Counted from the stretch's first letter, positions 1-9,032 are shown. The stretch is DNA of 25,900 bases from an archaeon (GCA_041657425.1 JBBABY010000012.1:9284-35183); one strand, 5' to 3'. Notes: a model not told the origin generated them from the sequence alone. Made by a program: numbers and translations.

Positions 1-70
1 CATTTAAATACTTTTTCTTTTTCCATTATTATATAGTTTATAAGTATTTGATTATTAATCTTTGGAGACA

Positions 71-2698
71 ATGAAATATATGAAGTTTACAGGTATAACC
101 ACAGAAGAAGCAAAAAAGAATCTAAGCATATTTGGATATAACGAGATAAAAGACATAAATAAGAAATCTTGGATTGAAATTCTATTTAGACAAGTAAAAA
201 GTAATTTTATTGTTTATCTTTTAGTTGTTGCAATGACTCTCTCTTTTGTTGTTGGGAAAGGAGTTACAGGATATACAATTCTAGCAGTTATTCTTTTAGT
301 TGTGGGTCTAGGGTTTATTCAAGAATATAAAGCAGAAAAAGCAATTAGTGCTTTGAAAGGAATGATAACACCAATTAGTATTGTTATTAGAGATGGAAAA
401 GAAAAAGAAATCTTATCAAAAGAAATAGTTCCAGGAGATATACTGATTTTAAGAGCTGGAGAAAAAATACCTGCAGACGGAATAATTCTTCAACAGACAA
501 ACATTTTAATTAATGAATCAATATTAACCGGAGAATCAAAAGAAGTAAGAAAAATAGAAATAAAAAGTGAAGATGATTATGATGATGAAAGTAAAGTATA
601 CATGGGTTCTTTTGTAGTTAATGGTAAATGTTTAGCAAAAGTAACACACACTGGAATGAACACAAAATTTGGAAAAATTGCAGGATTAATTTCAGAAACA
701 GAAAAAGAATTGCCATTACAAAAAAAAATCAATAGTATAACTAAATATATTGCAATTGCAGGAGCCTTCTTTGCAACAGTTGCAGGAGTTTTAGTTTTAT
801 TAAATGCTCCGACAATAGATAAAGCATTAATCATAGAAGTTTTGATTTTAGTGATTGCGGTTGCAGTTTCTGCTTTTCCTGAAGGGTTTCCAGTAGTTCT
901 TATTTCTACTCTTTCTTATGGAGCACATAGAATGGCAAAGAATAATGCCATAGTTAATAGAATGTCAATTATTGAAACATTAGGTGAAACCACAGTTATT
1001 TGTTCAGATAAAACCGGCACAATAACAAAAGGAGAGATGACTGTTAAGAAAATTTACACAAATGATAAATATATCATTGTAAGTGGAGTAGGTTATGATA
1101 AAAAAGGAGAATTTATTGTTGATAATAAAATAATGGATTTAAAACAAAATAAAAGTTTAGAACAATTAATTAAAACTGCAGTAATCTGTAATAATTCTTT
1201 TGTTAAAGAAATTGAAAACGATACAACATATGTATTGAATGGAACTCCAACAGAATCTGCACTTTTAGTTCTTGGTGCAAAAGCTAATCTCTTTAAAGAA
1301 GACTATAATATTGAAATAGTAGAAGAAATTCCATTTAGTTCAGATAGAAAAATGATGAGTGTTATTACAAATGATAAATTTGTTTATGTTAAAGGAGCTC
1401 CAGAATATATTATAAATAAATGTACTGAAATTTATAAAAATGGAGTAAATCAAAAATTAACTGAAAGAGAAAAACAATTGTTATTTAATGCAACTCAAGA
1501 AATGAATAAAGATGCATTAAGAACACTAGGTTTAGCATATAAGAAACAAGACAGCAAAGATCCAGAATCAGAACTTGTATTTTTAGGACTTGTTGGTTTA
1601 GAAGATCCACCAAGAGAAGAAGTGAAAGACACAATAAAGCAATGTAAATTATCAGGAATACAAGTAAAAATGATAACTGGAGATAATAAAGAAACTGCAA
1701 TTTCTATTGCTAAACAAATAGGGTTAGACACAAAAGACGTGTTAGTTGGTTCTGATTTAGATGACATGAGTGATGAAGAATTAAGAGATGTTATAAAGAA
1801 TATAACTGTATTTGCAAGAGTGAGGCCAGAACATAAGTTAAGAATAGTAAGAGCATTAAAAGCAAATGGAGAGATAGTTACAATGACTGGGGACGGAGTA
1901 AATGACGCTCCTGCACTTAAAGAAGCACACGTTGGTGTGGCTATGGGTAAAACAGGAACAGATGTTTCTCGTTCAGTTGCTGATTTAATTTTAAAAGATG
2001 ATAATTTTGCAACAATTGTAAATGCAATTAAAGAAGGAAGAACAATTTTTGCAAATATTAGAAAATTTGTTGCGTATCAACTATCTTGTAATTTTGCAGA
2101 ATTATTTGTAATTATTGTAGGTGTTGGTTTTGCAGTTATGTTTGGTTGGGCAATTCCATTATTATTGCCGCTACACATTCTTTTTATGAATATTGTTACT
2201 GATAATCTTCCAGCCATAACTTTAGGATTTAATCCACCATCTCCAGATATTATGAAAGAAAAACCAAAGAAAAAAGATATATTAACAAAAAAATTAATTT
2301 ATTTATTTGTATTTACTGGTTTAATAATGGGATTAATGACTTTAGCAACATATTACATAATGTTTAATGTTTTAGGATTTGATATAATACATTCTAGAAC
2401 AACGGCATTAGTTACTTTGATATTTCTAGAAATAGTTGGAGCTTACATCTATAGATCATTTAGAAAACCTGTACTTAATAGATCTCCATTTATTAATAAA
2501 TATCTTTTCTTTGCAGCAAGTATTTCAATAATTGCAACATTAATTATTATATATACTCCAGCAAGTAAATTATTTGAAACTGTAGCTTTAGGTTATGTTG
2601 AATGGATTGCTATAATTGGAACCGGATTGCTACTTGCAATATTGTTTGATGTTTTAAAAACTATAAATGAAAAGAAGAAATTTTGGAGTATAGAATAA
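71..2698 (+). CDS. P-type (E1-E2) cation-transporting ATPase, P2 / Ca2+-ATPase-like
   Basis: 878-aa ORF (track 62..2698). Motifs present: TGES actuator (ILTGESKEV), PEGFP in TM4, phosphorylation site CSDKTGTIT, TGDN (MITGDNKETA) and hinge MTGDGVNDAPALKEA, plus about 10 hydrophobic segments. The TTG at 62 sits inside a GGAG SD-like element, so ATG 71 (or 80) is the more likely start. Confidence 0.9.
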   Translation: MKYMKFTGITTEEAKKNLSIFGYNEIKDINKKSWIEILFRQVKSNFIVYLLVVAMTLSFVVGKGVTGYTILAVILLVVGLGFIQEYKAEKAISALKGMITPISIVIRDGKEKEILSKEIVPGDILILRAGEKIPADGIILQQTNILINESILTGESKEVRKIEIKSEDDYDDESKVYMGSFVVNGKCLAKVTHTGMNTKFGKIAGLISETEKELPLQKKINSITKYIAIAGAFFATVAGVLVLLNAPTIDKALIIEVLILVIAVAVSAFPEGFPVVLISTLSYGAHRMAKNNAIVNRMSIIETLGETTVICSDKTGTITKGEMTVKKIYTNDKYIIVSGVGYDKKGEFIVDNKIMDLKQNKSLEQLIKTAVICNNSFVKEIENDTTYVLNGTPTESALLVLGAKANLFKEDYNIEIVEEIPFSSDRKMMSVITNDKFVYVKGAPEYIINKCTEIYKNGVNQKLTEREKQLLFNATQEMNKDALRTLGLAYKKQDSKDPESELVFLGLVGLEDPPREEVKDTIKQCKLSGIQVKMITGDNKETAISIAKQIGLDTKDVLVGSDLDDMSDEELRDVIKNITVFARVRPEHKLRIVRALKANGEIVTMTGDGVNDAPALKEAHVGVAMGKTGTDVSRSVADLILKDDNFATIVNAIKEGRTIFANIRKFVAYQLSCNFAELFVIIVGVGFAVMFGWAIPLLLPLHILFMNIVTDNLPAITLGFNPPSPDIMKEKPKKKDILTKKLIYLFVFTGLIMGLMTLATYYIMFNVLGFDIIHSRTTALVTLIFLEIVGAYIYRSFRKPVLNRSPFINKYLFFAASISIIATLIIIYTPASKLFETVALGYVEWIAIIGTGLLLAILFDVLKTINEKKKFWSIE

Positions 2699-2742
2699 TT
2701 ACTCCATTTTTAAATATTTAGGTGTTAAATTATATATTCTTT

Positions 2743-2817
2743 GCTCGGATAGTGTAGCCCGGTCAAGCACATTAGCCTCTCACGCTAATAACACGGGTCC
2801 GAATCCCGTTTCGAGCA
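2743..2817 (+). tRNA. tRNA-Glu (anticodon CUC), no encoded CCA
   Basis: Hand-folded cloverleaf. Acceptor GCTCGGA/TTCGAGC (one G-U). D stem GTGT/GCAC with loop AGCCCGGTCAA. Anticodon stem TTAGC/GCTAA with loop CTCTCAC (U33, CTC, A37). 4-nt variable loop. T stem ACGGG/CCCGT, discriminator A. It is a GC-rich island in AT-rich DNA. The T loop reads TCCGAAT, so C replaces the near-universal U55. Confidence 0.85.
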
Positions 2818-2836
2818 TTTTTATTTTTTTATTTTT
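2818..2836 (+). terminator. oligo-T tract after tRNA-Glu
   Basis: tttttatttttttattttt lies directly 3' of the tRNA. Archaeal RNAP terminates at oligo-T runs. Confidence 0.35.
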
Positions 2837-2845
2837 AAAAACAAC

Positions 2846-2860
2846 CTTTAAAAATATATT
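2846..2860 (+). promoter_or_regulatory. candidate TATA box for the MFS-like gene (short or no leader)
   Basis: ctttaaaaatatatt is centred about 33 nt upstream of ATG 2886 and no SD is present. TATA-like strings are common in AT-rich DNA, so this call is weak. Confidence 0.25.
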
Positions 2861-2885
2861 TCTCTTTCTATTGTATTGAAAAGAT

Positions 2886-4427
2886 ATGCAATTTAAACAA
2901 ACTCCTGAACAGCAACAAACAGACCTCAAATATTATATATTAGAAGGGATTACTTGGGCAGTAATGTATTATATTGGAGTTATTTTTTTAGTTCCATATC
3001 TTATTCAACTTAAGGCAAACACCATGGAAATTGGATTATTAAATACCTTGCCATTATTTTTAGCTTCTTTTTCAGTTTTATTTTCATATAGTGTTTTTAA
3101 ATATTTTAAATCTGAAAAACATTTGGTTTTATTTTTCACCACTTTACAAGCATTATTTTGGATACCATTAGCATTTGTTGGTTATCTTTCTAATAATCAA
3201 TTAGCAATTTGGTTAATTATTATTATTTATTGTTTAATTGTTTTAACTGAGCAATTTCCTCTAGGAGTATATAGAGAATGGATTGGCAAGATATTTAATA
3301 TTTCACAAATTGTAGGGAATAATGCAAAAAAACAAATTATTTTAAATTTATTTTCAATAATTCCACTGTTTATAACAGGATTTGTACTAGATGCAATGCA
3401 AAGAAACACATCTCTTGGATTTACTATAATCTTTTTAATAGCAGGGATTTTTAGATTTGGTTCTGTTATTGTTATGAATAAAATGAGTCAAACAGAAGAT
3501 AACTGTAGTTTATGTAAAGAATCTAAAGAAAAATCACAACCAGTTTTTAAAGTTTTTAGAGATGTAGTTATTAGAAATAAACAATTTATGTATTTTTTAG
3601 TCATAATTTCTTTAATATTTTTCAGTATGTATATTGCTGCGCCGTTCTATAGATATTATTTTTTAGAAATTTTAAAATTTAGTTATAAGCAATATGTTTT
3701 TTTAGAGATTGGTTCTATACTTGGGCTAGTCTTAAGTTTTTATTATTGGGGCAAAATTTGTGATAAGTATGGCTCAACAAAGGTACTTAAAGCAACGATC
3801 TTATTTTTGCCAATTTATCCATTCTTAATTATGGCATTTGGTAATAGAATTTGGTTATTGTTTTTCCTTAATATTATAGACGGTGCATTAATGGCGGGGC
3901 TAACTCTTGGAATATTTGGGTACTTCTATCAAAACATTAAAAGTGATTTAATACACCATATGTCTTTCTTTTTAATATTTCAATCATTTGCAATGCTTCT
4001 TGGAACAATTGTTGGAGGATATATTTCATCTAATCCTAAATTTTGGTTTATGGGTGTTGAAAGATATGGATTATTATTAATTTTTGCTATTTCAATGATA
4101 TTTAGAATATTTACTATTGGTTTTGTCGGTAAGATAAAAGACACAAATAGAAGCAAAATAGATTTGCCAAAAAATATTCTTTTACAAAAACCAATTATGT
4201 TTGGGTTAAATCAATTTTTACATTTCACTAGAACTGAAGGAGAAATATTAGGCAGAGGATTAAAAAAAGAAGAAAAAGAATTAAAAAAACATTTAATTAA
4301 GCAAGAAAAAGTTATAGAAAAGAACATTAAACACCTTGTAAATCAGGAAAAATTGCTTTTCGAAAAGATGACTGAAATAGAGAAACGCAAAAAATCGTTT
4401 AAAAATCTCAAAAAAGTAAAAAAATAG
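2886..4427 (+). CDS. MFS-like multi-pass membrane transporter with C-terminal Lys/Glu-rich coiled-coil tail
   Basis: 513-aa ORF with about 12 hydrophobic segments in two halves. A loop motif WGKICDKYGSTKV resembles the MFS D-R/K-x-G-R-R/K loop. The last 65 or so aa (KKEEKELKKHLIKQEKVIEKN...) are charged low complexity. Confidence 0.6.
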   Translation: MQFKQTPEQQQTDLKYYILEGITWAVMYYIGVIFLVPYLIQLKANTMEIGLLNTLPLFLASFSVLFSYSVFKYFKSEKHLVLFFTTLQALFWIPLAFVGYLSNNQLAIWLIIIIYCLIVLTEQFPLGVYREWIGKIFNISQIVGNNAKKQIILNLFSIIPLFITGFVLDAMQRNTSLGFTIIFLIAGIFRFGSVIVMNKMSQTEDNCSLCKESKEKSQPVFKVFRDVVIRNKQFMYFLVIISLIFFSMYIAAPFYRYYFLEILKFSYKQYVFLEIGSILGLVLSFYYWGKICDKYGSTKVLKATILFLPIYPFLIMAFGNRIWLLFFLNIIDGALMAGLTLGIFGYFYQNIKSDLIHHMSFFLIFQSFAMLLGTIVGGYISSNPKFWFMGVERYGLLLIFAISMIFRIFTIGFVGKIKDTNRSKIDLPKNILLQKPIMFGLNQFLHFTRTEGEILGRGLKKEEKELKKHLIKQEKVIEKNIKHLVNQEKLLFEKMTEIEKRKKSFKNLKKVKK

Positions 4428-4454
4428 TTGTTTTTTAATAATTCGAAAAAACAA
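4428..4454 (+). terminator. hairpin with oligo-T just after the MFS-like stop codon
   Basis: TTGTTTTTT (4428-4436) and AAAAAACAA (4446-4454) form a perfect 9-bp inverted repeat with a 9-nt loop. It contains a T6 run. Confidence 0.35.
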
Positions 4455-4672
4455 TTAGTTTATATATATTTCGGTTTTATAAATATTATATGCTCCTGTC
4501 TAGTTTATTTATATTTAGGTTTTTTATCGATAACAGAGTAAATTTAAACGATTTTTATAAATATAGCAGTTTTAAACAAGCTCTATCTATCAGCACGTAT
4601 TAGATTTTAAAGACCTGTCCGCTATCGGCATAAATAAGCTATAAAAGACAAAGAAGTAAAAATTATATTTAA

Positions 4673-4678
4673 AAGGTG
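4673..4678 (+). promoter_or_regulatory. Shine-Dalgarno element AAGGTG for rpoH
   Basis: Same AAGGTG(A) motif as upstream of rps12, rps7 and EF-2. The ORF-track GTG start (4676) is part of this motif. An in-frame TTG lies 6 nt downstream at 4685. Confidence 0.55.
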
Positions 4679-4684
4679 TTAGTT

Positions 4685-5110
4685 TTGCCAGGAATAAAAA
4701 CAGATTACGGTTTAGAAGACGATTATAGCATTATCGATGATGTGGAAATTAAATCCGCAAAAGAAGAAACGGATGATGATGAAAAAGAAGTTGCTCCAGC
4801 TTTCGATTACACAGAAGAAGAAGAGGAAGAAGACGTAAAGGGAAAGAAAAAGAAAGTTAAAAAAAGAGCAAGAAAAATAAAAGAAGAAATTAAACATAGT
4901 TATATCCCAAAACACGAAATAGTTTCTGCTGATGATTTAGAAAAACTAATTCAAGAACAAAATATTATTCCAGAAAAATTACCATTAATATTTATTGCAG
5001 ATCCTGGCATCGCTCAATTAGAAGTTAAAGCAGGAGATGTAATTAGAATTACTAGAAAGAACAGAACAGTTGGAGAAGTTATTTACTATAGAAGAGTAAT
5101 TAAAATTTAG
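4685..5110 (+). CDS. rpoH: DNA-directed RNA polymerase subunit H (Rpo5/Rpb5 C-terminal domain) with a long N-terminal charged extension
   Basis: The C-terminal 70 or so aa (HSYIPKHEIVSADDLEKLIQEQNIIPEKLPLIFIADPGIAQLEVKAGDVIRITRKNRTVGEVIYYRRVI) are canonical RpoH. It occupies the first position of the rpo operon. ORF track 4676..5110; the start was reassigned to TTG 4685 from the SD spacing. Confidence 0.85.
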   Translation: MPGIKTDYGLEDDYSIIDDVEIKSAKEETDDDEKEVAPAFDYTEEEEEEDVKGKKKKVKKRARKIKEEIKHSYIPKHEIVSADDLEKLIQEQNIIPEKLPLIFIADPGIAQLEVKAGDVIRITRKNRTVGEVIYYRRVIKI

Positions 5111-5161
5111 TTTTCTCCTTAAAGATAATATTTTATAGATTAATTTAAAACGTGAAGAATT

Positions 5162-6637
5162 ATGAAAAACTTAGATAAATGGTCAGTTATTGAATCTTAT
5201 TACGATTTATATAGTCCAGTTCAACAACAAATAAATTCTTTTAATCAATTTATTGATGAAAAAGTTCCAGAGATTGTTGAAGAAAATGGATTTATACAAA
5301 GTTCTAGTACTGGTAATGGTGTTGATGTTACATTATCAAATGTAGAAATTACAAATCCGCAAATTGTAGAAGCAGACAGAACTGCAAAATTCAGATTAAT
5401 GCCAATGGAAGCAAGACTTAGAAATCTAACTTACTCTGGTTCAATTTACTTAGATATTAAGCTTTACAGAAAAGGAGTTCTTCAAGATGAAAAAAGAGCA
5501 TATGTTGGAGAAATGCCAATTCTTGTAAAATCAAATAGATGTAATCTTTCTGGATTATCTCCAGAAGAACTAATTGAAAATGGAGAAGATCCAATGGATA
5601 AAGGCGGTTACATGATTGTTAATGGTTCAGAAAAAGCATTAATTACTCAAGAAGTTCTCGCATTTGATAGGATTCTTTTAAATGATGATGAAGAATTAGT
5701 AAATGCACAAGTTATTTCTGTTAAAGGTGCATTCAAGGGGAAAGTAAGAATCTCAAGGACATCTGATGGATTATTCACAGTTTCATTTCCATCTTCTCCA
5801 AGAAAATTAATGCTTATTGAATTACTAAATGCAATAGGTTACATAAAAGCAAATGCAATTTTAGATTTATTTCCAAAAGATCAAATTACTCAAAATGAAA
5901 TCTTATTAAATTTAGATAAAATTGAATTACAATCAGAAGAAGAAGCACTTGATAAGATTGGAAGATCAGTTGCTCCATCTCAAACAAGAACTTACAGATT
6001 AAGAAGAGCAAAAGAAGTTATTGATTCTTTCTTATTACCACACTTAGGTCAAGAAAAAGATGCAAGAACAATGAAAGCTCACTTTCTTGTAGCAATGTCT
6101 GTAAAAATTATTGAAAAAGCATATCACTTGAGAACACAAGCAGACAAAGATCATTATGCTAATAAAAGATTAGAATTATCTGGAAAATTAATGGAAAATT
6201 TATTTAGATTTTCATTTAAACATTTCACTAAAGATTTAAAATTCCAAATTGATAGAACTATTTCAAGACACAGAAAATTAAATATTAACACTGTTATTAG
6301 ACCTGATGCAATCACTGAAAGAATAATGTTTGCAGTAAGTACAGGTAACTGGATTGGACAATTGACAGGTGTTAGTAAATATATGTCAAGAGATAATTTC
6401 ATTACTCCAATCACAGATTTAAGAAGAGTTAAATCCACACTTGATTCATCAAGAGAATTATATGAAGCAAGAGATGTTCATGGAACACATTGGGGAAGAC
6501 TTTGTCCAATTGAAACACCAGATGGACCTAACTGTGGTCTTGTAAAGAATTTGTCAATGATGGCAAAGATTACAACAGACACTGATACAGAAGGAATTAG
6601 AAGAATATTAAAGAATGAAAATATGAGTTCAGACTAA
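5162..6637 (+). CDS. rpoB2: DNA-directed RNA polymerase subunit B'' (N-terminal part of split B)
   Basis: 491 aa ending in the conserved WGRLCPIETPDGPNCGLVKNLS block. Position and size match the split B seen in methanogens and halophiles. GTGA (5152-5155) lies 6 nt before the ATG. Confidence 0.93.
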   Translation: MKNLDKWSVIESYYDLYSPVQQQINSFNQFIDEKVPEIVEENGFIQSSSTGNGVDVTLSNVEITNPQIVEADRTAKFRLMPMEARLRNLTYSGSIYLDIKLYRKGVLQDEKRAYVGEMPILVKSNRCNLSGLSPEELIENGEDPMDKGGYMIVNGSEKALITQEVLAFDRILLNDDEELVNAQVISVKGAFKGKVRISRTSDGLFTVSFPSSPRKLMLIELLNAIGYIKANAILDLFPKDQITQNEILLNLDKIELQSEEEALDKIGRSVAPSQTRTYRLRRAKEVIDSFLLPHLGQEKDARTMKAHFLVAMSVKIIEKAYHLRTQADKDHYANKRLELSGKLMENLFRFSFKHFTKDLKFQIDRTISRHRKLNINTVIRPDAITERIMFAVSTGNWIGQLTGVSKYMSRDNFITPITDLRRVKSTLDSSRELYEARDVHGTHWGRLCPIETPDGPNCGLVKNLSMMAKITTDTDTEGIRRILKNENMSSD

Positions 6638-6662
6638 AATGACAATTTTAATGTGAAAAATT

Positions 6663-8483
6663 ATGACTAAATCAAGAGCAAAAATTTATGTTAATGGTGG
6701 AATTGTAGGATTCCATGACGACCCAGAAAAATTAAGAGCAGATTTACTTAAGAAAAGAAGAACACTTCAGATTGATTCTCAAATAAATATTGCTTTTGAT
6801 GAAAATACTAATGAATTGTACATTAACACAGATGCAGGAAGAGTACAAAGACCAGTAATTATTGTTGATAAAGGACAATCAAGAGTAACTGCGGAAATTG
6901 TTGAAGACTTAAAATCTAAAAAAATGACTTGGCAAGATTTATTAGCAAAAGGAATTGTTGAATTTTTAGATGCTGAAGAAGAAGAGAATGCTTACATTGC
7001 ATTAACAGAAGATGAACTAACTCCTGATCATACACATTTAGAAATTTCAGGAACTGCAATTTTTAGTATTGTTTCATCAATGATTCCATTCATTGAACAC
7101 AACATGGCTGGAAAAGCAATTCACGGTGCAAAACTTTACAAGCAAGCAATTGGAATACCATCCTCAAATTATAATTTAAGATTTGATACAGAAATGCATT
7201 GTTTGTATTATCCACAAAAACCATTAGTATTTACAAGAACAGAAGATTTAATGCATATGGAAAAAAGACCAATGATTCAAAATGCAATTGTTGCAATTAT
7301 GCCTTTTAGAGGATTTAATATGCTTGATGCTTATATTATTAATCAAGGGTCTATCCAAAGAGCTTTTGGAAGATCATCTTATTACAGAGCATATTCAGCT
7401 ACTGAAATTAGATATCCTTCAGGACAAACAGACAAGTTCACTATCCCAACTGAAGATGCAAGCGGATATAGAGGAACTGATGCTTATGCAAATTTAGATG
7501 AAAGCGGAATTGCAAATTTAGAATCTAAGATTGTAGAAGGCGGTGTAATTATTGGAATGACTTCTCCACCAAGATTTGTAGAAGAAGTTTCTGAGTTCGG
7601 TGTTGTTACTGAAGAAAGAAGAGATACTTCTGTTTGTTCAAGAAAACACTTAGAAGGCTACATTGATAGAGTTATGTTATCTGAAACAATTTCTGGAACT
7701 AAATTATGTAAGATTAGAGTTAGAACATATTTAGAACCTCAAGTTGGAGATAAATTCACTTCACACCACGCACAGAAAGGAGTTGTTGGTGCAGTTATTA
7801 AGGAAGAAGATATGCCTTTTACAAGTGAAGGTATTAAACCAGATTTTATTTTAAATCCACACTCAATTCCTTCAAGAATGACTTTAGGTCACTTGTTTGA
7901 AAGTATTGCAGGAAAGACAGTTGCTGCAAGTGGAAAAGCAATTGATGGAACTCCTTTCAATAACGATAAAGATGAAATATTTAAGATGTTAAAAGAATAT
8001 GGATTTAGACCAGACGGTAAAGAAACTTTCTATGATGGAAAGACTGGTGAAAAAATCGAGATGCCAATATTTGTTGGGCCTCTTGCATTTGAAAGACTAC
8101 AAACACACTTAGTTGTAAACAGAATACAAGCAAGAGACAAAGGACCAGTACAATTATTAACAAGACAACCAACTGAAGGAAAGCAAAAAGGCGGCGGTTT
8201 AAGATTTGGAGAAATGGAAGGCGAAGCTTTAGTTGCTCACGGTGCTGCAATGACATTACAAGAAAAGTTAATGGACGATGCAGACGAAATGAATATCATG
8301 GTTTGTGAAGACTGTGGAATTCCAGCAGTTGATGATAAGATAAGAAACAAAAGATACTGTCCAGTATGTAATGGAACAAACGTACACCAAGTAAAGATCA
8401 GTTATGGTTTCAAGTTATTACTTGATGAACTAAAAGCAATGGGCGTATATCCTAAGTTAGTCCTTGGAGATAAAATAGACTAG
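6663..8483 (+). CDS. rpoB1: DNA-directed RNA polymerase subunit B' (C-terminal part of split B)
   Basis: 606 aa with GDKFTSHHAQKGVVG (the GDKFASRHGQKG block), ILNPHSIPSRMTLGH, GGLRFGEMEGEAL and the C-terminal Zn ribbon CEDCG...CPVCNG. GTGA (6653-6656) lies 6 nt before the ATG. Confidence 0.95.
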   Translation: MTKSRAKIYVNGGIVGFHDDPEKLRADLLKKRRTLQIDSQINIAFDENTNELYINTDAGRVQRPVIIVDKGQSRVTAEIVEDLKSKKMTWQDLLAKGIVEFLDAEEEENAYIALTEDELTPDHTHLEISGTAIFSIVSSMIPFIEHNMAGKAIHGAKLYKQAIGIPSSNYNLRFDTEMHCLYYPQKPLVFTRTEDLMHMEKRPMIQNAIVAIMPFRGFNMLDAYIINQGSIQRAFGRSSYYRAYSATEIRYPSGQTDKFTIPTEDASGYRGTDAYANLDESGIANLESKIVEGGVIIGMTSPPRFVEEVSEFGVVTEERRDTSVCSRKHLEGYIDRVMLSETISGTKLCKIRVRTYLEPQVGDKFTSHHAQKGVVGAVIKEEDMPFTSEGIKPDFILNPHSIPSRMTLGHLFESIAGKTVAASGKAIDGTPFNNDKDEIFKMLKEYGFRPDGKETFYDGKTGEKIEMPIFVGPLAFERLQTHLVVNRIQARDKGPVQLLTRQPTEGKQKGGGLRFGEMEGEALVAHGAAMTLQEKLMDDADEMNIMVCEDCGIPAVDDKIRNKRYCPVCNGTNVHQVKISYGFKLLLDELKAMGVYPKLVLGDKID

Positions 8484-8491
8484 ATGATAGT

Positions 8492-9010
8492 ATGGCAGTT
8501 CCAAAACCAAAAGTTGGGAGAAAAGCAAAATTAGTATCAATAAAGAAATTTGTTGAAAATAAAGTAGTTGAATATGCAAAAAAATATCCATTTATAGATC
8601 CAAGAACTAAAGAAGTGTGGCCAAGAAGAATAATTCAACCAAAACGTATGAATTTTAATGATAAGACAACTCTTCAAATGGAAACTTATAGGTTTATGGT
8701 AAAAAAAGGATTGATAGATAAAGAAATATTTGATTTAAATAAAAAATATAATTTTCAAGAAATCTCTGGAAACGAAGTATTAAATTTAGGAACAGAATAT
8801 TTTTTAAAAAAATATAAAGGAAATAAAGAAAAAGCAAGAAAAGATGTAAAAGAGAAAGATAAAAAAATAGTTGAATTATATAACAAATGGAATAAAGAAG
8901 AAAAAAAGTTATTTCCAAAAAATATAAAATTTGAAGACGCTCATCAAGCAAAAACAACGTTGGTTGGAATACATTTCATATATAAGGAAATATTAGAAAG
9001 ATTAAAATAA
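8492..9010 (+). CDS. hypothetical basic Lys-rich protein inserted between rpoB' and rpoA'
   Basis: 172-aa ORF starting 8 nt after the rpoB' stop and ending 22 nt before the rpoA' start, on the same strand. It has no Cys and no motif I recognise. Codon usage looks like that of its neighbours. Confidence 0.6.
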   Translation: MAVPKPKVGRKAKLVSIKKFVENKVVEYAKKYPFIDPRTKEVWPRRIIQPKRMNFNDKTTLQMETYRFMVKKGLIDKEIFDLNKKYNFQEISGNEVLNLGTEYFLKKYKGNKEKARKDVKEKDKKIVELYNKWNKEEKKLFPKNIKFEDAHQAKTTLVGIHFIYKEILERLK

Positions 9011-9032
9011 CATTAAAAAACAGGTTGATAGA

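Noticed and set aside
1-27. Possible 5' end of a divergently transcribed minus-strand gene (the complement of 25-27 is ATG; it reads MEKEKVFK...).
   Set aside because: Only 9 codons are visible, which is insufficient to call.
4490-4603. 37-codon ORF (MLLSSLFIFRFF...) in the 248-nt spacer upstream of rpoH, with TATA-like strings upstream. I also looked for ncRNA structure in this spacer.
   Set aside because: There is no SD, the sequence looks like random AT-rich translation, and I found no convincing stem-loops beyond a 3-bp CCG/CGG mini-hairpin. The spacer is most simply the promoter and leader region of the rpo operon.
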